Source: Afipia sp. (lineage in GTDB: Bacteria; Pseudomonadota; Alphaproteobacteria; Rhizobiales; Xanthobacteraceae). From it: a stretch of 64,000 bases of DNA. The stretch covers positions 15,062 to 79,061 of the forward strand of contig JAFKER010000014.1 in the NCBI GenBank assembly GCA_017308595.1, read 5' to 3'. Position numbers and translations under genes: made by a program. Below the pieces are notes generated by a model. That model did no database searches. It was not told the DNA's origin and saw nothing but the letters and a program-made list of their open reading frames with translations. Of this stretch, positions 21,003 to 30,235 are shown piece after piece; the first letter of the stretch is position 1; each line of letters begins with the position of its first letter.

Positions 21003-21434
21003 ATGATCACCTTGAGATACGGATGCGCGGTCGCAGCAATCGCGTTGACGCTTCCGATGGCTGCAATCTCATCCAGCAACGCCGCTCCCCTGACAGGTCA
21101 GTCTGTGGTTGCGGCTCATGCCAACACAAGCAATTCGCTGGTCACAGAGGTTCAGTACCGGCGGCGCGGATATTATCGCGGCGGCGGCGCCGCAGCGGGT
21201 CTGGGCATCGGCCTGGCGGCAGGTGCGCTGATCGGCGGCGCGATCGCGGCAGGCTCCGGTCCCGCCTATTACGGTCCGGGCTATTACGCCCCTCCTCCGC
21301 CTGCCTACTATGTGCGGCCGGCTCCAGTTTATGGTGGCGATGATGTCGCTTACTGCATGCAGCGATATCGCTCCTACGATCCGGCATCAGGCACATATCT
21401 GAATTACGACGGCAACCGGTATCCCTGCCCGTAA
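21003..21434 (+). CDS. BA14K-family secreted protein
   Basis: Signal peptide; GAAAGLGIGLAAGALIGGAIA; C-terminal AYCMQRYRSYDPASGTYLNYDGNRYPCP. Confidence 0.9.
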   Translation: MITLRYGCAVAAIALTLPMAAISSSNAAPLTGQSVVAAHANTSNSLVTEVQYRRRGYYRGGGAAAGLGIGLAAGALIGGAIAAGSGPAYYGPGYYAPPPPAYYVRPAPVYGGDDVAYCMQRYRSYDPASGTYLNYDGNRYPCP

Positions 21435-21456
21435 CCCCGGACAGATCTCATTTCAG

Positions 21457-21490
21457 AAACGGCGGTACATGCAGATGTGCCGCCGTTTTT
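21457..21490. terminator. Bidirectional intrinsic terminator
   Basis: aaacggcggtacat-gcag-atgtgccgccgttttt between the convergent BA14K and autotransporter genes. Confidence 0.8.
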
Positions 21491-21500
21491 CTTTGGAGCT

Positions 21501-24089
21501 TTAGAACGCAACCTTCACGCCGCCGCGGCCTGTGATGGTCTGACTCTGATCCGACATTGCGGTGAATTCGGTTGCTCCGAAAATGGAGATGCCCGAAGCA
21601 TTCCGCCAATCGAAGCCGGCCCCGGCATAAAAGCCGACAATGTTTCCACTGCCCGGAGTCGCGAAAGCCAGGCTTTGACCCAGCAAGACGGTGTTGACGT
21701 TGCTATCGCCAACGCGCTGCAGGGCCACCAGACCGACAGTGCCACTCAACTGAAGCTGCTCCGAGGACGTCGCCTGCGTGGTGTGGGTCAATTTGAACTC
21801 GCTACGCTCCTCGAAATTATGTGACACGCGCGAGCCGGCCGAGAGGTTCGCCGACGAACCGGTTTCCTGATATCCTCCGAAACCAGCCGCGAGATAGCGC
21901 ACCCGCGCAGACGGCGTCAGCGTCAGATTATACCCGAGCGCCCGCTGAAAACCGTAAGCGACTTCGGGGCTGACAAACCAGCCGTTATATTTGCCGCTTG
22001 CGTACTCATACCCACCCGGCACGAGGTTGTTGGCGAGCGTGCGCTTCACATCGTTGCTGCTGTAGCCACCGAGCAGTGAGAAATCGAGAAATGCCTGCCC
22101 CATCGCATAACGGCCGTAGATGCCACCGAAACCGATGTCGCTCGACGTGTTACCGGAATTCAGATCGATGTTGGACTTGATCGCGCCGCCCCCGATGAAC
22201 CCGCCGAGCCGCAAACCGGGTTGCACCGTCTTGTCGATGCCGAGCACGCCGCCATAAAAATTATTCACCGAGCGCAGTGTCGGGGCATCCGCGCGCTGAA
22301 CGCGTTGACCGCCGAACCCCTGCGCCCAGATGCTCGTCCCGTCCGCCGCCGTGTAATTCGGATTACTCAGCAGAACGCGGTCATTGTTCGCATAGGCGAG
22401 CGTGGAAATCCCGGAGAAAGCATCGTTGGCCATATCCCGCGCAACGTTGCCGGACGGCGCAAAGCCCATCGCATTCGATCCGTTGCCACTGATCGGCGCG
22501 GGATTGGTAAGACGGCTCGTAACCAGAGACGAGATAGTGCGTGTCACATCGACCACATTGCGATCCGCAGCCGCGAAAGACGTCGGGTCAAGAATAGCAA
22601 CGGTATCGCCATTGATAACGTAAGGCGCACCGCCGGTGACATTGACGACGGACCCGGTGTCAAGGAGACCGTTGCCGCAAACACAACCTCCACCGAACGT
22701 GAGCACGGATGAGATGTCGTGGCCGCCAAGAATGTTAACCCGGGTGCCGACAGCAGACGGATCCGTGATATCGCCATTCAGTCCGATCTGACCAATGATG
22801 CGCGATCCCGGCAGGATATTGAGTGTGGTTGGAATGGACGGATCGCCACGCGACAAGTCGACAGCCACTCCGGTGGGAAACGGACCATACGTCCCGTCGA
22901 CCAACCCGGCATTGCTGAATGTGACCGAGCCGCCAACCGTGTTTCCCAACCTGATCCCGCCGAGAATGCGCCCTGCGTTATAAGCGGTGGTTTTTCCATC
23001 CCAGGCACCAACGGTGACCCCCACGAAATCGCCGTAGATCGTGCCGTAATTATTGAAAGTCGCATTTCCCGGTCCGCCGCTACTGGCACCTGCGATGACA
23101 GCGACATCGCCCGTGACTGTCCCGTAATTGTGAAGCGTTGAATTGCCGCCGCCGCTGGTCAATCCGGTTAGCGTATAGATTCCCCCATTCACCGTGCCGA
23201 CGTTGACTGTCGTCGCATCACCGCCATTTGCAGACACATTAAAAATGCCGTTCGGCGTAGGACCGCAGCACCCCGCAGCGAACAAGATACGGCCGCTGTT
23301 GATGACCGTCGCATTGCCGCCGTCGTTAGTGATGTTGGAGATTGAGTCAACCGTACCTGAATTGATCGAGGTTGCATTGCCACCACCCGAACCAGTTCCG
23401 CCATTGCTGGTGAACGTCCTCAGTTCTCCGACCACCGTTCCGGAGTTTCGGGTAATGGCATCTCCCCCGCCATTCGCCGATGTGAGGATCCCGTCGGCGA
23501 CAAAGCCGGAATTGATTGTCGTTGCCGAGCCTCGAAGTGGCCCCGAAGTTATGGCGTAGGTTGTAAGTGCATCGGCGACGCCCGAGTTGTTCGTCAGCGC
23601 GTTGCCCCCGTCCTGCGCCATCGTCGTAATATCCTGCGCTACGGTTCCCGAGTTGTTGGTCGTAGCATTGCCGCTCCCGGTCAGCGTGTAGATATACGAT
23701 CCGATCAAGCCCGAATTGTTTGATGTCGCATTGCCGAGACCGCTGGCTGATGTCTCGAGCATATCGGCATTGTTGCCGGAATTCGTCGCCGTGACATTGC
23801 CGTCAACGCTGGTCGTGGTGATGCCGTTGCTCGCAACCGAACTGGTGGTCGTCAGATTGAACGCGCCGAGTTGATCTTGAAGAAACGGAACGGCCGTCGT
23901 GCCGGTATTCGTGCAGGTGACATCACCCGCGCCGAGCGTCCCGACGCAGGCGAACTGCGCATGCGCTTCGCACGAAACCATTCCGCAGCCAAATACCGCA
24001 AGAGCAAGCAGCCATCGCCTCGTCGCTAAGGCCGGTCCGCAATCACCCAACGCAACTTTTGTCCGCATCGACGCTACCGTCAGCCCCAC
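21501..24089 (-). CDS. Autotransporter (type Va) with beta-helix-like passenger
   Basis: Signal peptide; repeated T(T/N)NSG(T/N)V units; C-terminal beta-barrel (SIWAQGFGG...GGVLGID) ending in GGVKVAF. Confidence 0.85.
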   Translation of the reverse strand: MGLTVASMRTKVALGDCGPALATRRWLLALAVFGCGMVSCEAHAQFACVGTLGAGDVTCTNTGTTAVPFLQDQLGAFNLTTTSSVASNGITTTSVDGNVTATNSGNNADMLETSASGLGNATSNNSGLIGSYIYTLTGSGNATTNNSGTVAQDITTMAQDGGNALTNNSGVADALTTYAITSGPLRGSATTINSGFVADGILTSANGGGDAITRNSGTVVGELRTFTSNGGTGSGGGNATSINSGTVDSISNITNDGGNATVINSGRILFAAGCCGPTPNGIFNVSANGGDATTVNVGTVNGGIYTLTGLTSGGGNSTLHNYGTVTGDVAVIAGASSGGPGNATFNNYGTIYGDFVGVTVGAWDGKTTAYNAGRILGGIRLGNTVGGSVTFSNAGLVDGTYGPFPTGVAVDLSRGDPSIPTTLNILPGSRIIGQIGLNGDITDPSAVGTRVNILGGHDISSVLTFGGGCVCGNGLLDTGSVVNVTGGAPYVINGDTVAILDPTSFAAADRNVVDVTRTISSLVTSRLTNPAPISGNGSNAMGFAPSGNVARDMANDAFSGISTLAYANNDRVLLSNPNYTAADGTSIWAQGFGGQRVQRADAPTLRSVNNFYGGVLGIDKTVQPGLRLGGFIGGGAIKSNIDLNSGNTSSDIGFGGIYGRYAMGQAFLDFSLLGGYSSNDVKRTLANNLVPGGYEYASGKYNGWFVSPEVAYGFQRALGYNLTLTPSARVRYLAAGFGGYQETGSSANLSAGSRVSHNFEERSEFKLTHTTQATSSEQLQLSGTVGLVALQRVGDSNVNTVLLGQSLAFATPGSGNIVGFYAGAGFDWRNASGISIFGATEFTAMSDQSQTITGRGGVKVAF

Positions 24090-24233
24090 TCACCCATGGG
24101 CGTTGATCGCCCTTTGGATTAAGCGGGAACCTATCAGGCGGCGGTTCCGGTTTCTGTTGCAATTGCAACACAACGCCCAACAATGGACCTCTTTACGGGC
24201 CTTTCCTGCGCGGATTGAGAACTGAGAAGACTG

Positions 24234-25169
24234 CTAGGAGCGCGATGCCAGCACGACGCCTGCAATCGTGAAAGCCAATGCAGCGACTTTCGCGATTCCC
24301 AGTGGCTCGCCCAACGCTGCGGCAGATGCCAGCACGCCGATCACCGGGACCAGCAGCGTTCCAATCGCAGCAACAGACGCAGGAAGGCGTTGAAGCGCTG
24401 CGAACCAGCATGCGTAAGCGACACAGAACTGCACCACGATGGAATAGCCAAACAGCGTCCAGCCGAGCGGTGACAGCGCTGTAAAGTGGGGCTGCTCAAT
24501 CACAAGACCGAGTATGGCGACCGGCAAACAGCCGATCAGGATCTGCCAGACCGCCGAAGTCAACGGCGGCAACGTCAATGGCCATCGCTTTCCGAACACC
24601 GTGCCAACCGCAAACAGGAAAGCTCCGCCTAACGCAAGCAGAATGCCCGGCAGCTTGGCGTAGCTCGCAGCGATGCCGCCCCCGCCCATCAGCACGACCA
24701 GACCAGCAATCGCCATCGCCATCGCGACCACGCGCATCAGTGAAATCCGCTCGCCGAGAATTGGCCAGGCCAGCACCGATGCCCAGACCGGCATCGAATA
24801 AGCCATCACCGCCGCTTCGCTCGCCGGCAGGTAAACCAGCGCGAGGCCCATCAAAGCCATCCAGGCGGTGACGTTGAGGCCGGACAGCAGCACCAGCCGC
24901 GGCCACTGCGCACGCGGCACTTTCAGCGATTGGCGAAATGCAACGGCGAGCACAGCGAGCAGAGCGGCACCAACAATGCCAGACACGCCGCGCACCGAGA
25001 GCGGCGGCAATTCCGACAGCAGATGCTTGGTGACCGGCCAGTTCAGTCCCCAGCCGACCGATGTCGCCACCAGCAACAGATAACCGATCGTCCGGGCGCG
25101 CCGCTGAGCGGCCGCGCTCTCGCCGGCGGACGTTTCGGTCAATGCATCGGCTGGTGTGCGGCTATCCAC
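24234..25169 (-). CDS. DMT/EamA-family transporter
   Basis: About 10 TM helices in two repeats; WGLNWP, LGERI, LGEP. Confidence 0.9.
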   Translation of the reverse strand: MDSRTPADALTETSAGESAAAQRRARTIGYLLLVATSVGWGLNWPVTKHLLSELPPLSVRGVSGIVGAALLAVLAVAFRQSLKVPRAQWPRLVLLSGLNVTAWMALMGLALVYLPASEAAVMAYSMPVWASVLAWPILGERISLMRVVAMAMAIAGLVVLMGGGGIAASYAKLPGILLALGGAFLFAVGTVFGKRWPLTLPPLTSAVWQILIGCLPVAILGLVIEQPHFTALSPLGWTLFGYSIVVQFCVAYACWFAALQRLPASVAAIGTLLVPVIGVLASAAALGEPLGIAKVAALAFTIAGVVLASRS

Positions 25170-25442
25170 AGGTTCGTCCTTCGACTCGCATGTCTACACG
25201 GTCGACTCGCAATTCACACCGTGTGGATGACGGGGAGAAAGACCACGCATGTGTCACGCAATCCACCCGAAAACCGCAGAATGAGCGCATAGCAAAGACG
25301 CGATTTTGGAGGCTCGCGACAAACTTTGGAGGAACTCACAAAGCGGTGAGATTTCGGCTTCCGAATCCACAAGGACTCACCGATACTTCCCGCACTGCGA
25401 GCCTAACCGGCGATGTCTCATTCCGCTGGAAATCCGCATTTT

Positions 25443-25489
25443 CCACCATATTTAGTGTTTGATTCAGATTTCGACACTAATCCTTGACG
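25443..25489 (+). promoter_or_regulatory. Tandem NrdR boxes upstream of nrdJ
   Basis: ccaccatatttagtgt (25443-25458) closely matches acaCwAtATaTwGtgt; the weaker acactaatccttgacg (25474-25489) lies 31 bp downstream, the typical NrdR spacing. Confidence 0.7.
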
Positions 25490-25924
25490 GGCTGGATGGA
25501 GTCGGCCTAGCTTTGGGATTGTTCGGCGCGGGGGTTTTCAGTCTCGCCGGGCACCTCCCGAAAAGGGTCAAACAGACATCTCCGTCAGGCCGGTCGAGGC
25601 CACGGGACGTGGATTTGTCTGCTCTTTTTCCAGGAGCGGACCGGACCGGCGGGTGACCATTTGCCGACCGGCAATACGGCCGCCGAAGACGGCAAACGTA
25701 ATGGCGAAACCGCGGCAAACCGCGGCGCATAAGGCGAGTTTGGGGCGTTCGGGCAAGACCGGTTTGGGGACCGGATCGTGCCCGCCAGAGTTAACAGGCC
25801 GCGGCTTCGAACCCGAACCGGGACGACGTGAACGGCAAACACAAGCGAACGAACCGGTTCGCAATTTGAAATCTCCGGCTTACCGTCAAGGGACGGGAGC
25901 GCCGGCAAAGGACGGGGCACTACC

Positions 25925-28900
25925 ATGCGCATCGAACGCCGCTACACCAAAGCCGATCAGTCACCCTACGCCGCGATCGATTTCAGACTGACGACAAGCG
26001 AGATCCGCAATCCCGACGGCTCGGTGGTGTTCCGCCTTGAGAACGTGGAAGTGCCGGAGTTCTGGTCGCAGGTCGCCTCCGACGTTCTGGCGCAGAAGTA
26101 TTTCCGCAAGGCGGGCGTCGCCTCGCGCCTGAAGAAGGTCGAGGAAGAAACCGTCCCCTCGTGGCTGTGGCGCTCGGTGCCGGATACCGAAGCTCTCGCC
26201 CTGCTCCCCGAATCCGAGCGGATCGGCGGCGAGCATTCCGCCAAGCAGGTGTTCGACCGCCTTGCCGGCTGCTGGACCTATTGGGGCTGGAAGGGCTCGT
26301 ACTTCTCCTCGGAAGAAGACGCCAAAGCGTTCTACGACGAACTGCGCTTCATGCTCGCCAAGCAGATGGTCGCGCCGAACTCGCCGCAGTGGTTCAACAC
26401 CGGACTGCACTGGGCTTACGGCGTCGATGGTCCCGGCCAGGGCCACTACTACGTGGACTGGAAGACCGGAAAGCTGACCAAATCCAAATCGTCCTACGAA
26501 CATCCGCAGCCGCACGCCTGCTTCATTCAGGGCGTGGACGACGACCTCGTCAACGAAGGCGGCATCATGGACCTGTGGGTGCGCGAAGCGCGCCTGTTCA
26601 AATACGGCTCGGGCACCGGCTCCAACTTCTCGCGCCTGCGCGGCGAAGGCGAAAAGCTTTCGGGCGGCGGCCGCTCAAGCGGCCTGATGAGCTTCCTCAA
26701 GATCGGCGACCGCGCTGCGGGCGCGATCAAGTCGGGCGGCACCACGCGCCGCGCGGCCAAGATGGTCGTGGTCGACGCCGATCATCCGGACATCGAGACC
26801 TATATCGACTGGAAGGTGAAGGAGGAGCAGAAGGTCGCCGCGCTCGTCACCGGCTCCAAGATCAACCAGAAGCACCTCAAGGCCATCATGAAGGCCTGCG
26901 TGAACTGCGAAGGTTCAGGCGACGACTGCTTCGATCCCGAGAAGAACCCGGCGCTGCGCCGCGAAATCAAGCTGGCCCGCCGCGCGCTGGTGCAGGACAA
27001 CCTGATCAAGCGCGTGATGCAGTTCGCCAAGCAGGGCTACAAGGACATCTCGTTCGACACCTATGACACCGATTGGGATTCGGAAGCCTACCTGACCGTT
27101 GCGGGCCAGAACTCGAACAACTCGGTCTCGCTGAAGGATGATTTCCTGCGCGCGGTGGAAACCGACGGCGACTGGAATCTGATCGGCCGCACCAACAAGA
27201 AGGTGACGAAGACCATCAAGGCCCGCGACCTGTGGGAGAAGATCGGTTACGCCGCGTGGGCGAGCGCCGATCCCGGCCTGCACTACAACACCACCATGAA
27301 CGACTGGCACACTTGTAAAGCCAGCGGCGACATCCGCGCGTCCAATCCGTGCTCGGAATACATGTTCCTCGACGACACGGCGTGCAACCTCGCCTCCGCC
27401 AACCTCTTGACCTTCTACGATACGCAGACCCGCCGCTTCGACGTCGAAGCCTACGAGCATCTCTGCCGCCTGTGGACGGTCGTGCTCGAAATCTCGGTGA
27501 TGATGGCGCAGTTCCCGTCGAAGGCGATCGCCGAACTCTCCTACGAATTCCGCACGCTGGGCCTCGGCTATGCCAACATCGGCGGCCTGCTGATGACCAT
27601 GGGTCTATCCTACGACTCGAAGGAAGGCCGCGCGCTCTGCGGCGCGCTGACCGCCGTCATGACCGGCACGAGCTACGCCACCTCGGCTGAAATGGCGAAG
27701 GAGCTTGGCCCCTTCCCCGGCTACAAGAAGAACGCCGCGCACATGCTGCGCGTGATCCGCAACCATCGCCGCGCCGCGCACGGCGAAGCGACGGGCTATG
27801 AAGCGCTCGCCGTCAATCCGGTGCCGCTCGATCACGCAAGCTGCCCGCAGGGCGACATCGTGACCCGCGCCAAGGCGATCTGGGATGCGGCGCTCGACCT
27901 CGGCCAGCAGCACGGCTACCGCAACGCGCAGACCACGGTGGTCGCGCCGACCGGCACCATCGGCCTCGTGATGGACTGCGACACCACGGGCATCGAGCCG
28001 GACTTCGCGCTGGTGAAATTCAAGAAGCTCGCTGGCGGCGGCTACTGGAAGATCATCAACCGCGCAGTCCCCGAAGCGCTGCGCGCCCTCGGCTATCCCG
28101 AAAGCGAGATCGCCGAGATCGAAGCCTACGCTGTCGGTCACGGCTCGCTCGGTCAGGCGCCGGGCATCAACCGCTCGACCCTGAAGGCCAAGGGCTTCAC
28201 CGATGAAGCCCTCGACAAGATCGAGAAGCAGCTGCCGACCGCCTTCGACATCAAGTTCGCCTTCAACAAGTGGACGCTGGGCGAAGACTTCCTGCGCGAT
28301 ACGCTCAAGATCGATCCGGAAGCGTCCAACGCGCCGGGCTTCGACCTGCTCGCCGCGCTCGGCTTCACCAAGCGCGAGATCGAAGCCGCCAACGTGCACA
28401 TCTGCGGCGCGATGACGGTGGAAGGCGCGCCGCACCTCAAGGCCGAACACTACAGCGTGTTCGACTGCGCCAATCCCTGCGGCAAGATCGGCAAGCGTTA
28501 CCTGTCGGTGGAAAGCCACATCCGCATGATGGCGGCCTCGCAGCCCTTCATCTCGGGTGCGATCTCCAAGACCATCAACATGCCGAACGACGCCACGGTG
28601 GAGGACTGCAAGTCCGCTTACCTGCTGTCGTGGAAACTCGCGCTCAAGGCCAACGCGCTCTATCGCGACGGCTCGAAGCTCAGCCAGCCGCTGAATGCAC
28701 AGCTCATCAGCGACGATGACGAAGACGAAGACGTGATCGAGGCGTTCCACGACAAGCCGATGGCGGCACGCACCGCCCAGGTGTCGGAGAAGATCGTCGA
28801 GAAGCTGGTCGAGCGTATCGTGGTGATGCGCGAGCGCGAGAAGATGCCGGATCGCCGCAAGGGCTACACCCAGAAGGCCGTGGTCGGCGGGCACAAGGTT

Positions 28901-29677
28901 TATCTCCGCACCGGCGAATACGATGACGGCCGCATCGGCGAAATCTTCATCGACATGCACAAGGAAGGCGCGGCGCTGCGCTCCTTCGTCAACAACTTCG
29001 CCATCTCCGTCTCGCTGGGTCTCCAGTACGGCGTGCCGCTGGAAGAATATGTCGACGCCTTCACCTTCACCCGCTTCGAGCCCGCAGGCCCCGTGCAGGG
29101 CAACGACTCGATCAAGTTCGCGACCTCGATCCTCGACTACGTGTTCCGCGAACTGGCCGTGAGCTACATGGGCCGCTTCGATCTCGGACATGTCGATCCG
29201 AGCGACATGGGCTTCGACGCGCTCGGCAAGGGCGTCGAAGAAGGCAAGGCGCCCGAAGCCCACGGCGCAACCAAGTATCTGTCGAAGGGCCTCACCCGCT
29301 CACGCACGGATAATCTGGTGGTGATGCGCGGCGGCGCTGCGGCCATCACGGCGAACGACGACAGCGCGCCTGCGGGCGGCGCGAAGGTGACGGCGCTCTC
29401 GGGCGCACATGTGGGCGACAGTGTGGACGGCGCGGTGGCCCTCAAAGTGGCCGAGCCCGAGCGCGATCTCTCGCCGACGGAAAAGCTGGAAGCGCAAGCG
29501 TGGAGCAAAGCGGGCTCAGCGGCACAGGCCGCGCCATCCAAGGCCGAGCGCCGCGCCGAAGCAAAAGCCCGCGGCTACGAGGGCGACATGTGCACGGAGT
29601 GCAGCAACTTCACGCTGGTGCGGAACGGCACGTGCATGAAGTGCGATACGTGTGGCAGCACGACGGGGTGTTCGTGA
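25925..29677 (+). CDS. nrdJ: Vitamin B12-dependent class II ribonucleotide reductase with TSCPD domain and C-terminal zinc ribbon
   Basis: [35 protein letters not shown]; ISKTINMP; YRDGSK; C-terminal CTECSN...CDTCG. Confidence 0.96.
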   Translation: MRIERRYTKADQSPYAAIDFRLTTSEIRNPDGSVVFRLENVEVPEFWSQVASDVLAQKYFRKAGVASRLKKVEEETVPSWLWRSVPDTEALALLPESERIGGEHSAKQVFDRLAGCWTYWGWKGSYFSSEEDAKAFYDELRFMLAKQMVAPNSPQWFNTGLHWAYGVDGPGQGHYYVDWKTGKLTKSKSSYEHPQPHACFIQGVDDDLVNEGGIMDLWVREARLFKYGSGTGSNFSRLRGEGEKLSGGGRSSGLMSFLKIGDRAAGAIKSGGTTRRAAKMVVVDADHPDIETYIDWKVKEEQKVAALVTGSKINQKHLKAIMKACVNCEGSGDDCFDPEKNPALRREIKLARRALVQDNLIKRVMQFAKQGYKDISFDTYDTDWDSEAYLTVAGQNSNNSVSLKDDFLRAVETDGDWNLIGRTNKKVTKTIKARDLWEKIGYAAWASADPGLHYNTTMNDWHTCKASGDIRASNPCSEYMFLDDTACNLASANLLTFYDTQTRRFDVEAYEHLCRLWTVVLEISVMMAQFPSKAIAELSYEFRTLGLGYANIGGLLMTMGLSYDSKEGRALCGALTAVMTGTSYATSAEMAKELGPFPGYKKNAAHMLRVIRNHRRAAHGEATGYEALAVNPVPLDHASCPQGDIVTRAKAIWDAALDLGQQHGYRNAQTTVVAPTGTIGLVMDCDTTGIEPDFALVKFKKLAGGGYWKIINRAVPEALRALGYPESEIAEIEAYAVGHGSLGQAPGINRSTLKAKGFTDEALDKIEKQLPTAFDIKFAFNKWTLGEDFLRDTLKIDPEASNAPGFDLLAALGFTKREIEAANVHICGAMTVEGAPHLKAEHYSVFDCANPCGKIGKRYLSVESHIRMMAASQPFISGAISKTINMPNDATVEDCKSAYLLSWKLALKANALYRDGSKLSQPLNAQLISDDDEDEDVIEAFHDKPMAARTAQVSEKIVEKLVERIVVMREREKMPDRRKGYTQKAVVGGHKVYLRTGEYDDGRIGEIFIDMHKEGAALRSFVNNFAISVSLGLQYGVPLEEYVDAFTFTRFEPAGPVQGNDSIKFATSILDYVFRELAVSYMGRFDLGHVDPSDMGFDALGKGVEEGKAPEAHGATKYLSKGLTRSRTDNLVVMRGGAAAITANDDSAPAGGAKVTALSGAHVGDSVDGAVALKVAEPERDLSPTEKLEAQAWSKAGSAAQAAPSKAERRAEAKARGYEGDMCTECSNFTLVRNGTCMKCDTCGSTTGCS

Positions 29678-29695
29678 GGCATTAAAGAAACAGCT

Positions 29696-29725
29696 AAATG
29701 GCCGCCCTTTTGAGCGGCCATTTTT
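29696..29725 (+). terminator. nrdJ intrinsic terminator
   Basis: aaatggccgc...gcggccattttt, 18 bp after the nrdJ stop. Confidence 0.8.
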
Positions 29726-29774
29726 GCTTATTCAAAAAGATGGGGAAAAGCTGACACGGACCCGCTTGCAGAAC

Positions 29775-29789
29775 GAACAAAGCATGATC
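29775..29789 (+). promoter_or_regulatory. Possible alphaproteobacterial LexA (SOS) box
   Basis: GAAC-aaagcat-GATC, one mismatch to GAAC-N7-GAAC, in the AT-rich promoter region of the island. Confidence 0.4.
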
Positions 29790-29837
29790 GAGGTATATCC
29801 TAAAATGAGGCAGAACTGATTCGTTCGGCCTGAAATA

Positions 29838-29980
29838 CCAATGCCGAGGCGAACCTCGGCATTGGAACCCGCGAAGCACTGTTGAGGTACTTACGGGGGC
29901 ATCGAGAAAGCAGACGCTTCCTCTCAGTGGCATGAGCAGTTAAGCGATTCTGCAGTCCGGCGTCCAGCGGAGCCTCAACG
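29838..29980. ncRNA. Putative structured RNA or leader upstream of the CBASS operon
   Basis: Perfect 12-bp hairpin ccaatgccgagg-cgaa-cctcggcattgg (29838-29865). A long-range stem gttgagg(29881-29887)/cctcaac(29973-29979) encloses three short hairpins. Folded by eye; no known family recognised. Confidence 0.4.
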
Positions 29981-30018
29981 TTTTCCAACGCCTAATACGC
30001 GTAGATGGAGCACGTCTG

Positions 30019-30222
30019 ATGCCAAAGTATACCCGCAACTCCGGGAACGAATGGAACCCCTCTGAGGTCAAACAACTTCGACGAGAAGCCAGTCAAAATA
30101 CGCCAACGCGTGTTATTGGCCTGCATCTCGGGCGCACCGAGAATGCGGTTCGCAATCGAGCTTGCCAAGAGGGCATCTCTCTGAAGCCGACCAACCAATC
30201 TCCCTACAATCGCAAGAAGTAA
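30019..30222 (+). CDS. Small basic HTH-like protein (Myb/GcrA-N-like pattern), first gene of the CBASS operon
   Basis: RBS ggag at 30007-30010; W-x4-V-x2-L...IGLHLGRTENAVRNRA pattern; 13 nt to the next ATG, which has its own RBS. Confidence 0.75.
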   Translation: MPKYTRNSGNEWNPSEVKQLRREASQNTPTRVIGLHLGRTENAVRNRACQEGISLKPTNQSPYNRKK

Positions 30223-30235
30223 CCGGGAGACCGAC

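Noticed and set aside
25795-25830. ggcttcgaacccg resembling a reverse-complement tRNA T-arm
   Set aside because: No acceptor stem, D-arm or anticodon arm could be built around it.
25490-25924. Cobalamin riboswitch expected upstream of a B12-dependent RNR
   Set aside because: The conserved elements (AGGGAA..GGTG.AA.TCC, GCCCCCGC.ACTGT, B12 box) were not found.
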